A stretch of 62,113 nucleotides of DNA, filler included, from Malassezia furfur (lineage: Eukaryota): NCBI GenBank assembly GCA_052055015.1. It is 7 parts of 7 records of this genome, joined end to end, with 100 filler letters (N's around TTAATTAATTAA, not from the genome) between each part and the next. Parts side by side here need not be neighbours in the genome. Positions count along the whole stretch, not along the records: positions 1 to 8,911 come from JBQJIT010000445.1; positions 9,012 to 17,880 come from JBQJIT010000446.1; 5 more parts are not named here. The stretch is one strand, 5' to 3'. The notes under the pieces are model-generated. The model was not told where the DNA came from. It made no database searches and saw nothing but the letters and a program-made list of their open reading frames with translations. How positions within the stretch are numbered: the first letter of the stretch is position 1; each line of letters begins with the position of its first letter. This document shows, one piece after another, positions 1 to 10,297 of the stretch. The translations under genes and the position numbers were made by a program.

Positions 1-693
1 GCGCCCCCGATCGATGTAGACGAGGCCGGCGCTGCGGATGCCCCGCCGCCCGCGCCGCCCGGCAAGGGCAAGGCACGGCACGTGTCGGACGGCCTGCATC
101 TGCCCCCCGCGCGCCGCGCGCCGCAGTTTGCGCATTTCGATGCGCCGACATACGAGGCGCCAGCGCCTGCGCCACGCTCGGCGGCCAAGGAGGCCGAAGC
201 CGAGGCGGAGCGCGCACATCTCGCGGCACTGCTGCCCTCGGCGCCGGCCGAGTGGGCATGGACCGACGACGCGCTTCCGACGTACGGCAACGCGCCTTCT
301 GCCCCGCCGGCCCATGTCGACGACAACGCGGTACAAACAGGGCTTAATCCGGAGCATGACGCGCGCTGGGGGACCGGAGTGCCCAGCACGCCGGAGCCAG
401 CGGGGTGGCTGGAGGGGTCGGAGCCGGAGCCGTTTGCGCCCGCGCCTGAGCCATCGGCACCCCCATTTTCCGAGCCCCGGCCGGGGACGCCTGGCTCCGA
501 CCTGGGTTCCCAGGCGCCGGAGCAACCGGTGCCTGCGCCTTCGGTCCCCCAGCTTCCCGAGCCCTGCCCATCGGCGCCGGAGCTTGCGCCGTCGGCCCCC
601 TGGCTCTCTGAACCATTGGCATCGATATCGGCGTCGGCACCGGCGTCGACATCGACCTCTGCAACCCCTTCGACCTACGCCCCGTCGTCCTGA
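1..693 (+). CDS. 3' fragment of a Pro/Ala/Ser-rich hypothetical protein (5' truncated)
   Basis: Frame 1 is open from base 1 (APPIDVDEAG...) to TGA at 691-693. Low complexity, no recognisable domain. Confidence 0.55.
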   Translation, partial: APPIDVDEAGAADAPPPAPPGKGKARHVSDGLHLPPARRAPQFAHFDAPTYEAPAPAPRSAAKEAEAEAERAHLAALLPSAPAEWAWTDDALPTYGNAPSAPPAHVDDNAVQTGLNPEHDARWGTGVPSTPEPAGWLEGSEPEPFAPAPEPSAPPFSEPRPGTPGSDLGSQAPEQPVPAPSVPQLPEPCPSAPELAPSAPWLSEPLASISASAPASTSTSATPSTYAPSS

Positions 694-776
694 CACTTCG
701 CCAGCGTGTGGCGGCCTTATTGCCGCTACACACCACGGGCGCCTACCGCCTCTTTGTACATTACTAGGATACCCCC

Positions 777-1304
777 TCAACACGTAATAGCCAGTCTGTA
801 TACTACAAGACGTCCAAACCCGTCCGTACTTCCTTCGAACCGCAGCGCCAGGTGCGTACATGCCACGTCCACGGCGTAGGCGGCCGCTTGCAGCTGCTGT
901 GCCACGTCCTCACGCTTGAGCGGAAACGTCTGCGCCAGGTTTCCGTCGGCCGGGTACACCGTCGCGAGCTCGACCCACGCGACGTCTTTGGGGTTCGCAT
1001 CGCTGGCCATTCCGGCAAGAAGCACGACACGGATCGGTGCAAATCCACCTGCAAATGTGCAGTGCACCGCCTGTAACGACGAAACGGCGCACGGCGCGTC
1101 CAAGGTCGCGGTCAAGGTGACCTGCGCCGAGGTGCTGGGCGATCCCTGCGTCAGCATGCCACGTACGAGCTCCACGGTCCAGCACGTCTCGCTGTCCTCA
1201 TTCAGGGCATAACGGGCTTCCTTGGACGAGCCTATCGATGCGCTGGGTCAGGTACGCACGTACCGCACACGCGTAGCGCGCTCCAGCACCGAACTGGAAG
1301 ACAT
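777..1304 (-). CDS. NR2C2AP-like galactose-binding-domain protein; one 21-nt intron (1243-1263)
   Basis: Splicing GTACGTGCGTACCTGACCCAG (contains an in-frame TGA) gives MSSSSVLERATRVRASIGSSKEARYALNEDSETCWT...FAGGF...VYPADGN...FEGSTDGFGRLVVY, matching the NR2C2AP motif pattern. Confidence 0.7.
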
Positions 1305-1369
1305 GCACGGAGCGAAGTGGAGGACGAGGGGTTTTTTGGCCCACTTTCCAGACACGCCGCCGCGACGCG

Positions 1370-2529
1370 ATGCCGGACGACGCGCCGTGGACGCTGGCAC
1401 CCCACCAGCTCCTGAGCGCGTTCCCCGAGATCAATGTATGTGCACCGATGGTGCGCTACTCGAAACTGCCCTTTCGCGCACTCACGGCGCGCTACGATAC
1501 CCACATCACGACTACTCCCATGATCCTCGCCGCTGAATTCAGCCGCAGTCAACATGCGCGCGACGCGGATTTCAGCACCCACGGCGAGGAGCGCGGCACC
1601 TTTACCCTCACGCCTGACCATGGCACCGGCACGGTCGCCGCCAAGGAGCGGCCGGTCCACGTACGCGGTGCCCTCGTATGCCAGCTGGCCGCGAGCCGCA
1701 GTGGACCGCTGGCGGATGCGTCCGAGCTGATTAGTCCGTTTGTGGACGGCGTTGACATCAATTGCGGGTGTCCTCAGCCCTGGGCGTACCAGGAGCAGAT
1801 CGGGTCCTATTTGTTGCGTCAGCCCGAGACGGTCCGCGACATGGTCCGTGCCATCAAGAGCCGCCTGGGCGACGGCTACTGCGTCAGTGTCAAGATTCGC
1901 GTCGACAGCGACCTGCGAAATACCGATACCCTGGTGCGCAATGCGCTACATGCGGGCGTATCGCTTCTCTCCATCCACGGGCGCACACGGACGCAGCCTT
2001 CGGCATCGCACCCCGTCGACCTCGACAAGATCCGCTTCGCCGTGGACGCGGCACAGGCGTGCGGACTCCATACGGCGCGAGGCACGGCGCAGGGCGACGC
2101 GTGGGTCGTTGCCGATGGAGGTGCAGGCGGCTGTGTACCAACGGTCGTCAACGGCGACATTTGGACGCGTGACGATGCACGGTCGTGGCGTGCGCAGACG
2201 GGCGCGCGCGGCGCCATGAGCGCGCGGGGCCTGCTTGCTAATCCAGTACGTGCAAGGCTCACCCAGGCGCTTTTCTCGGGCTATACCAAGACGCCGCCCG
2301 AGGCCGTCGGCGCGTTTGTCGAGCGTGCGATTGCGTGGGGTCTGCCCTTTTCGCTAATGCAGTACGTCGTTTGCTCATTCGCAGCCGCCACTTGGCCTAC
2401 ATGCTCGAAGACTCGATCACAACACGTGCCGAGTCGATCTACTTCAACTCGCTCGCGAGCCCCGCGAGTGTCCTGGACTGGCTCGAGGAAGGGGGGTATG
2501 TGTCGCAGGACAAGGCGGAGGTGGTTTAG
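1370..2529 (+). CDS. DUS4: tRNA-dihydrouridine(20a/20b) synthase; introns 2246-2266 and 2362-2384
   Basis: [19 protein letters not shown] and IHGRT motifs. Splicing restores [11 protein letters not shown] and the C-terminal exon to TAG 2527-2529. Confidence 0.9.
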
Positions 2530-3175
2530 GACTCGAGCGGCACAAAGGTGCTGCCGACCTCGGGCACGGCGGTCGTGCTCACCGATGGCGTCGGCGTCGT
2601 CTCCACCGTCTCGCTTACCTCGGACGCCGGCGCCGGGGCGTCCGGCGCCTCCTCCGGCGGCTTGATGGCCGGCTGGCTGGGGTCGCTCCAGTTGATGTTG
2701 AAGCGCGTCACGCGCGGCTTGCTGGCCAGCACCTCGCGGCACACCTTGTCGAGCTGCACCTCCTCGGGTGGGTTTTCGCGCATCTCTTCCGACTCATACG
2801 CATTGTTCACATAGTACCCCACGCGAATGAACTCGGCGTCGCGGTACGACGCGGTGAGCAGGATCACCGTTACGCCCAGCAAGTCGCTGGCCGGAATTTT
2901 TTCCGGCGACGGAGCCTCGGCCTCGAATTCGAACGAGTTCACGCCCACGGGAACTGGTCCGACCATGCAACTGTCGAGTTCCTGGTCGTATTCTTCGGAC
3001 TCGGCGGAGCCCACGTAGATCAGCTTCCATTCGATGTCTGCGGGTCAGCCTAGCACCATGACCTACCATCGTCCAATGGCTGGATGCACTCGAATGTCAC
3101 CTTGAAGATGTACGGGTCCGAGAAACGCGCCTTGCTGTTGATGATTTCCACGTTCTGCAGGTGCACAATCGACAT
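2526..3175 (-). CDS. ASF1: Histone H3/H4 chaperone Asf1; intron 3038-3066
   Basis: MSIVHL...[13 protein letters not shown] / [22 protein letters not shown] / [13 protein letters not shown] / [10 protein letters not shown]. Confidence 0.95.
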
Positions 3176-3259
3176 AGTGGACCGCGTCGAAGCGCGGCGC
3201 ACCGCGCGGCGCGTCGCGTTGCGTGGAGGCCACGTGGGTGCCGCCTTCCCCTCGCGGCC

Positions 3260-3649
3260 ATGGTGTGTGCCAAGTGCGAAAAGACGCTGTCCAAGACAGC
3301 GATCGCGGACCCCTACGTACGTGTTGGATTCACACAGCGCAACCGAAATACAGCCGGTTTTCTCGTATCGTCTGGCTCGGGTGCGCGGCCCGGCGCGATG
3401 CGCGGCGGCGCGGCGCCACCGGGCGGCGCGCGCAAAGTGGGCGAGAACAAGCTGCTCTCCAAGTCCAACCGGTTCTCGCCGCTGGATGCCAAATGCAAGC
3501 TGTGCAAGCAGCGCGTGACGCAGGAGCGTGCTTCCTATTGCCAGGGTACGTGTCGCCCTCCTTACCCAGCGTGCGCCTACAAAAAAGGACTGTGTGCCAT
3601 CTGTGGCAAGCAGATTCTCGATACCTCGCGGTACAAGCAGTCCAACTAG
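3260..3649 (+). CDS. CRIPT: CRIPT-family cysteine-rich protein; in-frame introns 3317-3337 and 3546-3569
   Basis: MVCAKCEK...RKVGENKLLS...CKLCK...YCQACAYKKGLCAICGKQILDTSRYKQS. Confidence 0.88.
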   Translation: MVCAKCEKTLSKTAIADPYVRVGFTQRNRNTAGFLVSSGSGARPGAMRGGAAPPGGARKVGENKLLSKSNRFSPLDAKCKLCKQRVTQERASYCQGTCRPPYPACAYKKGLCAICGKQILDTSRYKQSN

Positions 3650-3849
3650 CACCTAGATACCCACTGTTTTGTCGTATGTGCCGCGACACGTCTTGTGCTG
3701 TCTGGCTGCGTGGTCGTGTGCCGTCTGCACGGCCGCTGCCTCCACGTCCCCCAACGCGCGCAGCGCAGCCGAATGCGGGGCCCACGTGGCCAAAGGCACA
3801 TCAGGTCATTCTGGCACGCGTAGTGCAGCCTCCTTCCAACCCCTTTCGT

Positions 3850-3992
3850 GTACGTACGTAGGAGTGGGGTGCGTGTTCTGTGATGAAAAGAGAAACTCTT
3901 GATTCATCCTGAGAGTCTTGCCATTGCGGCAACCCATTCAAGTCCCTGAGAACCGCACCCGCTCCCTAGCGCTTGGAACTTGCTAACCCCAG
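3850..3992 (+). other. Probable ~140-nt 5'UTR intron of ERG6 (snoRNA host)
   Basis: GTACGT donor at 3850 or 3854. GCTAAC branch plus CCCAG acceptor ends at 3992, one base before the ERG6 ATG. Confidence 0.65.
3875..3953 (+). ncRNA. Box C/D snoRNA (intronic)
   Basis: Box C GTGATGA 3880-3886, D' CTGA 3909-3912, D CTGA 3946-3949. Terminal stem GTTC/GAAC is extended by GGGTGCG/CGCACCC. Confidence 0.8.
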
Positions 3993-3993
3993 C

Positions 3994-5034
3994 ATGTCTG
4001 TTACCACCACTTCGGAGCTGCGCAACAAGAATGGCATTGCCGACTACACCAAGTTCTGGCAGTCGGACTCGCGCAAGGACTCCGAGACTGACCAGGCGAA
4101 CCGTCTGGACCAGTACACCTCGGTCGTGAACGGCTACTACGACGGTGCGACCGACCTGTACGAGTACGGCTGGGGCAAGAACTTCCACTTTGCGCGCTAC
4201 TACCCTGGCGAGCCGTTTTACCAGGCGCTTGCGCGTCACGAGCACTACCTTGCGCACAACATGCAGCTGCGCCCTGGCATGCGCGTGCTCGACGTTGGCT
4301 GCGGTGTCGGTGGCCCTGCGCGTGAGATTGCCAACTTCGCGGGCGTGAATGTGGTCGGTGTGAACAACAACGCGTACCAGGTGGAGCGCGCGCGTCGGTA
4401 TACCACCAAGGCCGGCCTTGACGGCCAGGTCGAGTTTGTCAAGGGCGACTTTATGCACCTTGTGGACCAGTTTGGTCCGAACAGCTTCGACGCTGTGTAC
4501 GCGATCGAGGCGACCTGCCACGCGCCGTCGTGGGAGGGTGTGTACAAGGAGATCTTCCAGGTGCTCAAGCCCGGCGGTGTGTTTGGCCTGTACGAGTGGT
4601 GCATGACCGACGAATACGACGGCAGCAACCCCGAGCACCGCCGTATTGCGCACGGCATTGAGCTGGGTGATGGTATTCCCGAGATGCGCACGATCAAGCA
4701 GGCGCGTGATGCGCTCAAGACGGTCGGTTTCAAGATCGAGGTCGACGAGGACCTGGCGGACAAGGGCGACAAGATTCCGTGGTACTACCCGCTGGAGGGT
4801 GACATTCGCAAGGTGCAGACGCCGTGGGACTTGGTGACGTGCTGGCGCATGACGTGGCTGGGCAAGCTCACGACGCAGTCGGCGGTCCGTGTGCTCGAGT
4901 TTGCGGGTCTGGTGCCCAAGGGCACGTACGATGTGGGCGAGTCGCTCAAGATTGCTGCCGATGCACTGGTGGCCGGTGGCCAGACGAAGCTATTCACGCC
5001 GATGATGTTCTTTGTGTCGCGCAAGCCGCAGTAA
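3994..5034 (+). CDS. ERG6: Sterol 24-C-methyltransferase
   Basis: YEYGWG.NFHFA, LDVGCGVGGP, YAIEATCHAP, IELGDG motifs. Confidence 0.96.
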   Translation: MSVTTTSELRNKNGIADYTKFWQSDSRKDSETDQANRLDQYTSVVNGYYDGATDLYEYGWGKNFHFARYYPGEPFYQALARHEHYLAHNMQLRPGMRVLDVGCGVGGPAREIANFAGVNVVGVNNNAYQVERARRYTTKAGLDGQVEFVKGDFMHLVDQFGPNSFDAVYAIEATCHAPSWEGVYKEIFQVLKPGGVFGLYEWCMTDEYDGSNPEHRRIAHGIELGDGIPEMRTIKQARDALKTVGFKIEVDEDLADKGDKIPWYYPLEGDIRKVQTPWDLVTCWRMTWLGKLTTQSAVRVLEFAGLVPKGTYDVGESLKIAADALVAGGQTKLFTPMMFFVSRKPQ

Positions 5035-5125
5035 GATAAAGCCGTAGTGGGGAGCCTAGAGCGAGATGCATGCAGTGCAGCATTGGGTATCGGAAAAGCG
5101 AGGGCGCCATGTCGTGCGCCGCGGT

Positions 5126-5466
5126 CTACAGGTGTTTGGTAAACGGGATGGGCTCTGCGTGAAGCGAGCTCCAGTCGATTTTGCGGTCGCGCTCCACGTC
5201 GATGTCGCCCACAAGCGAGCTGGGTAAGTGGTGAGGAGGACGTACATGCTGTCGCCGCGCAGCACGTACACGCCCAGCGGCACTTCCTCGACGCCGGCGT
5301 CGGCGCTAAAGATGCGCTCGATGCAGTGCGAGAGCACGAGCGAGCCAAGCGCATCGTACCCACGCAGAGTCCCCAGCAAAACGCGCCCGTCCTGCGTCAC
5401 GAGCAAGACGCGCTCTGCGTGAGCGTGTGTCCACGTACGCTCCATGTATCCCTGCAGCGAGGACAT
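5126..5466 (-). CDS. LSM8: U6 snRNA-associated Sm-like protein Lsm8; introns 5415-5438 and 5220-5245
   Basis: TQDGRVLLGTLRGYD...ERIFS...VEEVPLGVYVLRGDSISLVGDID...IDWSSLHAEPI after splicing. Confidence 0.9.
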
Positions 5467-5567
5467 CGCGGCCGTCCACACGCGTTGCGCGACGGTCGCC
5501 CGGTGTCGTCACGTGCGGGGCACATCGGGTCCGTGGGTGCGCGCGCGCCGGTTTCGTCCTGGCGAAC

Positions 5568-7586
5568 ATGCGTACCCTTATGGCGAGTTCGGTGCGGCGC
5601 GCGACGCTGGCGCGCCTGTCGGTCGGTGGCGTGCGGCATGCGATCTCGAGCGAGGGCCGGCTCGGTGTGCTTCCCGGGCAGGCGCGGTGGTCGTCGAGCC
5701 AGCGCAAGGCGAAGAATCCGTTCGCCCGGCTCGTGTATGCGCAGCTGGTGACCATCACGGCGCTCGTCGGTGGCGCGGCGTTTGGCGTGTACTGCATGGA
5801 CTCGCGTGCGGCGGTGCACCGCTATGTGTTTGCGCCGCTGATGCAACTCTTTACGGATCCCGAGACGGCGAGCAAGATCGGCATCAAGGTGCTCGAGCAC
5901 GGCTTCGGCCCCCGCGACTGCGGCGTGGACGACGAGGTGCTGCGCACCGAGCTGTTTGGAAAGTCGCTCACGAACCCGATCGGTATGGCCGCCGGCTTCG
6001 ACAAGCAGGCGCAGGCGATCGATGGCCTGTTTGACCTCGGCTTCGGCATGGTCGAGGTCGGGAGCGTGACGCCCGAGCCGCAGCCCGGCAACGCGCAGCC
6101 GCGTGCGTTCCGTCTGCCGCTGGATGGCGCACTGATCAACCGCTTTGGCTTCAACTCGGACGGGATGAAGGTGGTGCGCCATCGCCTCCAGGTGCGCCTC
6201 GAGAGCTGGGTCACGCGGGTGCTTGCGGCCGGGCGCGCGCTTGTGTGCGACATTGGCACGGAGAATGTGAACCAGGACCCGACGCAGCTGGCGCGTGCGC
6301 GCCTCTTCCCGACGTACCCCGATGCGGACGTGCGCCTGCTGGACGAGTTTGGCGTGCCGCGCAGTCTGAAGGAGGACCGTGTGCTTGCGATCAACCTGGG
6401 CAAGAACAAGACGAGCCGCGAGGAGTCGGTGACGGACTACGTGGAGGGCGTCAAGCAGCTTGGCCCCTACGCGGATGTGGTGGTGGTGAACGTCAGCTCG
6501 CCCAACACGCCCGGGCTGCGCCGTCTGCAGCGTCGCAGCGTGCTCGAGGGTCTGCTGCGCGACGTGGTGCGTGCGCGCGACGGGGTGGTGGGCGCGTACG
6601 ACGGGCACGCCAAGCTGCCGCTGCTGGTCAAGGTGTCGCCCGACCTCACCGACGCCGAGCTGCACGACATTTCGGACGCTGCGGAGAACACGGGCATCGA
6701 CGGGATCATCGTGAGCAACACCACCGTCACGCGCCCGTCCGGCCTCCTCTCGCACGAACACGTGCACGAGACGGGCGGGCTGAGCGGCCCGCCGGTGAAG
6801 CCGCTCGCGCTGCACGCGCTGTCGGTGATCTACGCGCGCAACCGCGGCAAGATCCCGCTGATCGGGTGTGGAGGCATCGCGAGCGGCGCCGACGCGCTCG
6901 AGTTTGCCAAGGCGGGTGCGAGCGCCGTGCAGCTGTACACCGCGCTGGGCTACCAGGGCTTTGGGCTGCCGCGGCGGATCAAGGACGAGCTTACGGCGCT
7001 GCTCAAGCAGGAGGGCACGACGTGGAAGCAGGCCGTTGGCTCCGGCGTGGGGGCGATCGAGCCGTATGCGCCCGATGCTGCGACGCAGGTCGGCCTGTTC
7101 CCCGGTGCACAGGACGCGTTTGACCGGAGTGTGGTGAGCCTGCGCAACGAGATCGACCACCTGCGCCACTCGTTTGACTCGCCGACGGCGCACGACACCG
7201 AGCAGCGCCGCGCGGTGCCGTTCCAGGTGGACCCGCGCGACCATACGTACATTGAGCTGCTCGACAAGGTGCACCGCGTGCTGGACCACACGCCGCACTT
7301 TGAGGACCACGGCGTGCACCGCCTCGGCCTGCCGCAGCCCGAGTCGAGCGTGCCGGAGCAGCCGCTGGCGACCGCCAGCGAGCAGAACCTCACGCAGGGC
7401 GACGTGCTGCACCAGGCGGCGCGCGACATGACGCGCGTCGAGGTGCCCACCAACGCGCCGGCGCCCACGGGCCCCACGACGACCACCGCGTCGGGGCTGC
7501 GTGCGGAGCACGACCCGGCGCAGGCCGAGGTGCGTGCGGCGCGCGTCCAGTCGTTCGGCGACGCCGACCGGCACCGCGTGATCTAA
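5568..7586 (+). CDS. URA9: Mitochondrial class 2 dihydroorotate dehydrogenase with long C-terminal extension
   Basis: Presequence plus TM segment; NPIGMAAGFDK, INRFGFNSDG, NLGKNK, NVSSPNTPGLR, GGLSG, VQLYTAL. Confidence 0.95.
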   Translation: MRTLMASSVRRATLARLSVGGVRHAISSEGRLGVLPGQARWSSSQRKAKNPFARLVYAQLVTITALVGGAAFGVYCMDSRAAVHRYVFAPLMQLFTDPETASKIGIKVLEHGFGPRDCGVDDEVLRTELFGKSLTNPIGMAAGFDKQAQAIDGLFDLGFGMVEVGSVTPEPQPGNAQPRAFRLPLDGALINRFGFNSDGMKVVRHRLQVRLESWVTRVLAAGRALVCDIGTENVNQDPTQLARARLFPTYPDADVRLLDEFGVPRSLKEDRVLAINLGKNKTSREESVTDYVEGVKQLGPYADVVVVNVSSPNTPGLRRLQRRSVLEGLLRDVVRARDGVVGAYDGHAKLPLLVKVSPDLTDAELHDISDAAENTGIDGIIVSNTTVTRPSGLLSHEHVHETGGLSGPPVKPLALHALSVIYARNRGKIPLIGCGGIASGADALEFAKAGASAVQLYTALGYQGFGLPRRIKDELTALLKQEGTTWKQAVGSGVGAIEPYAPDAATQVGLFPGAQDAFDRSVVSLRNEIDHLRHSFDSPTAHDTEQRRAVPFQVDPRDHTYIELLDKVHRVLDHTPHFEDHGVHRLGLPQPESSVPEQPLATASEQNLTQGDVLHQAARDMTRVEVPTNAPAPTGPTTTTASGLRAEHDPAQAEVRAARVQSFGDADRHRVI

Positions 7587-7855
7587 GGAGCCGTAGCGTG
7601 GCCGTAGCATGTCCGTATGCACCGTGGATCCCACGTCGGAAAGGTGCCGAACGGGCCGCCGCGGCCGCAGCCGCACGGCCCGCCGTGCGCGCGGCCGTGC
7701 GCCTCTGGCCCGTGCGGCGCGGCGGGACGTGCGCCCCCGCGCGCCGAGCGCCGTGCTCGAAACTACACCACATACATGCTAATACACACATTCTACAACA
7801 GGCCCGCTCCTCCGGGCGCAGGCAGCGCGGCGCGCGACGGCCCTGCGTGCGGCGC

Positions 7856-8911
7856 TCACTCCTCGCTGCTTTCGTCCGACGGCTCGTCCTCGTCGCTGTC
7901 GCCGTTCTCGTCGTCCTTGTACAGGTCCGCGCCGCCCTTCTTCATCGGCAGCTGGTGGCTGCGGACGTGCCGATTGAGCGTGGTGCGCCGCGTGAACATC
8001 TTGCCACACGACGGCACCGTGCACACGTACGGCCGGCGCCCCGTGTGCGTCCGGCGGTGCCGCGCGAGCGAGCTGCTGTCCGAGAAGCTCTTGCCGCACC
8101 CCTCGAACTCGCACTGGTGCGGCCGCTCGCCCGAGTGCACGCGCGAGTGCACCGTGAGCGCCGAGCGCTGGATGAAGCTCTTGCCGCACCCCGGGAACTC
8201 GCACGGGTACGGCCGCTCGCCGGTGTGGATGCGGCGGTGGCGCGCCAGGTCCGAGCGCCGGCTGAACGTCTTGCTGCACGCATCGCACACGTGCAGCTTC
8301 GGGCCGCCCGAGTCGCTCTCGGGCACAGGCGTGCCGCTCGGCTTCGCCGCGAAACGCGCCGCGGGCGGCAGCGCGCCCTTGCGGCCCTGGCCGCGCTTCT
8401 CGGCGTCGCTCGCGTCCTCGTCAGAGGACACGTCCATCTCGGCGCCCGGCGCGCTGCCGTGCGCGCCCGCGTACTTGTACGCCGCAGCGTCGCTGCCGCG
8501 CGGGTACGCGTAGGCGGCGCCCGGCGCGCCGTAGTAGGGTGCGGGCGGCGCATCGCCGTACGCGTCGGCGCACGCGTCGCCGCCCTCGTACTTGGTCTTG
8601 CGGTAGTCCTCGGCGGCGAGCGAGTCGGACGCGTACCCCTCGCCCTGCCACTCGGGCGGGCGGTACGCCATGCCGCGCGGGAAGGGGCGCGGCGAGTGGG
8701 GGTACGGCGACTGCGTGCCGGTCAGACTCGAGGAGCGGTACATGGGCGCCGCAGCGGCCGCGCCGGCGTATGCGTCGCCGTAGCGCTCGGCGCGCATCGC
8801 CGCGTACGCCGTGCCGGCCATGCCCGGGGGCGGTGGCGGCGGCGTCGGCGCCGCGCCCCATGGCGCGCAGCTCGGCCGTTTCGTCGGCGGGGAGGTGGTG
8901 GTGGCAGTAGG
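7856..8911 (-). CDS. Four-finger C2H2 zinc-finger transcription factor (5' end possibly cut by the gap)
   Basis: Four CxxC/CxxxxC...HxxxH fingers with TGERP-type linkers; frame is open up to the gap. Confidence 0.9.
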   Translation of the reverse strand, partial: PTATTTSPPTKRPSCAPWGAAPTPPPPPPGMAGTAYAAMRAERYGDAYAGAAAAAPMYRSSSLTGTQSPYPHSPRPFPRGMAYRPPEWQGEGYASDSLAAEDYRKTKYEGGDACADAYGDAPPAPYYGAPGAAYAYPRGSDAAAYKYAGAHGSAPGAEMDVSSDEDASDAEKRGQGRKGALPPAARFAAKPSGTPVPESDSGGPKLHVCDACSKTFSRRSDLARHRRIHTGERPYPCEFPGCGKSFIQRSALTVHSRVHSGERPHQCEFEGCGKSFSDSSSLARHRRTHTGRRPYVCTVPSCGKMFTRRTTLNRHVRSHQLPMKKGGADLYKDDENGDSDEDEPSDESSEE

Positions 8912-9011
8912 NNNNNNNNNNNNNNNNNNNNNNNNNNNNNNNNNNNNNNNNNNNNTTAATTAATTAANNNNNNNNNNNNNNNNNNNNNNNNNNNNNNNNN
9001 NNNNNNNNNNN
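8912..9011. other. Artificial contig linker
   Basis: N44-TTAATTAATTAA-N44 six-frame stop spacer. Confidence 0.98.
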
Positions 9012-9219
9012 CCTGAGCGGCGAAGCGGGCGTGGCGGGCCCCACGCACGCCCTGCGCGCCGCGGTGCCCTGGAGCTGGTCCACGCTGCAGCTCCGTGCGG
9101 ACGCCTGGCGGCACGTGGCGGCGTCGCTGCGTGCGGCGGCGGACGCACCGTCGGCCGAAACTAGGGCTTTGGTGGAGGCGCTCGGGCAGGGCGCGGCGGT
9201 CCGATCACATAGTGGCTAG
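9012..9219 (+). CDS. Possible 3' fragment of an unknown gene
   Basis: Frame open from the contig edge to TAG 9217-9219; no recognisable motif. Confidence 0.3.
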
Positions 9220-9292
9220 CCAATCGAACACGGGTGCGCGCGAAGACCCCAACGGGCCCGACGCACGGCCCGGGCAGTCCCCATCCGCCACC

Positions 9293-10264
9293 ATGTCGTC
9301 GAGCCTGGAACAGCTGAAGAAGTACACCAAGGTCGTGTCCGATTCGGGCGACTTTGAGTCCATCGACGCGTACAAGCCGCTTGATGCGACGACCAACCCG
9401 TCGCTGATCCTCGCGGCCGTCAAGGAGGAGAAGTACGCGCGCCTCATCGACACCGCCGTGCAGTACGCCAAGGAGAAGGGTGGCGACAAGGACACCCAGC
9501 TGGAGAACGCCACCGACCGCCTGCTGGTGCTCTTCGGCCAGGAGATCCTCAAGATCATCCCCGGCCGTGTGTCGACCGAGGTGGACGCCCACCTGTCGTT
9601 CGACACGCAGGCCACCATCGAGAAGGCCAAGAGCCTCATTGCGCTCTACGAGTCGCAGGGCATCAAGAAGGAGCGTGTGCTGATCAAGATCGCCTCGACC
9701 TACGAGGGCATCAAGGCCGCCGCCGAGCTCGAGTCCAAGTACGGCATCCACTGCAACCTGACGCTGCTCTTTGGATTCTGCCAGGCGGTGGCGTGCGCCG
9801 AGGCGAAGGTGACGCTCATCTCGCCCTTCGTCGGCCGCATCCTCGACTGGTACAAGAAGAACAAGCCGGACGGCAACTACGACGGCGCCAACGACCCCGG
9901 TGTCCAGTCGGTGAAGCACATCTACACCTACTACAAGCAGCAGGGCTACGACACCATCGTCATGGGCGCCTCGTTCCGCAACACGAGCGAGATTGAGGAG
10001 CTCGCTGGCTGCGACTTCCTCACGATCTCGCCCAGCCTCCTCGAGAAGCTCAAGGGCAGCGACAAGACGATCGAGCCCAAGCTCACCGTCGAGAACGCCA
10101 AGTCCGCCGAAAAGATCCCCAAGGCCGAGTACCTCGAGCACGAGCAGGCCTTCCGCCTCGCGCTGCTCAACGACGAGATGGCCTTTGACAAGCTCCACGA
10201 GGGCATCCGCAAGTTTGCCGCCGACGCGGTGACGCTCAAGGGCCTCATCGAGAAGAAGCTCTAA
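9293..10264 (+). CDS. TAL1: Transaldolase
   Basis: [44 protein letters not shown]. Confidence 0.97.
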   Translation: MSSSLEQLKKYTKVVSDSGDFESIDAYKPLDATTNPSLILAAVKEEKYARLIDTAVQYAKEKGGDKDTQLENATDRLLVLFGQEILKIIPGRVSTEVDAHLSFDTQATIEKAKSLIALYESQGIKKERVLIKIASTYEGIKAAAELESKYGIHCNLTLLFGFCQAVACAEAKVTLISPFVGRILDWYKKNKPDGNYDGANDPGVQSVKHIYTYYKQQGYDTIVMGASFRNTSEIEELAGCDFLTISPSLLEKLKGSDKTIEPKLTVENAKSAEKIPKAEYLEHEQAFRLALLNDEMAFDKLHEGIRKFAADAVTLKGLIEKKL

Positions 10265-10297
10265 GTGTCTCGTAGTGCGACGCGCCATAGATTCCTA

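Noticed and set aside
8956..8967. TTAATTAATTAA recurring every ~8.9 kb as a biological repeat or insertion site
   Set aside because: It is always centred in exactly 44+44 N and is a six-frame stop linker added during assembly.
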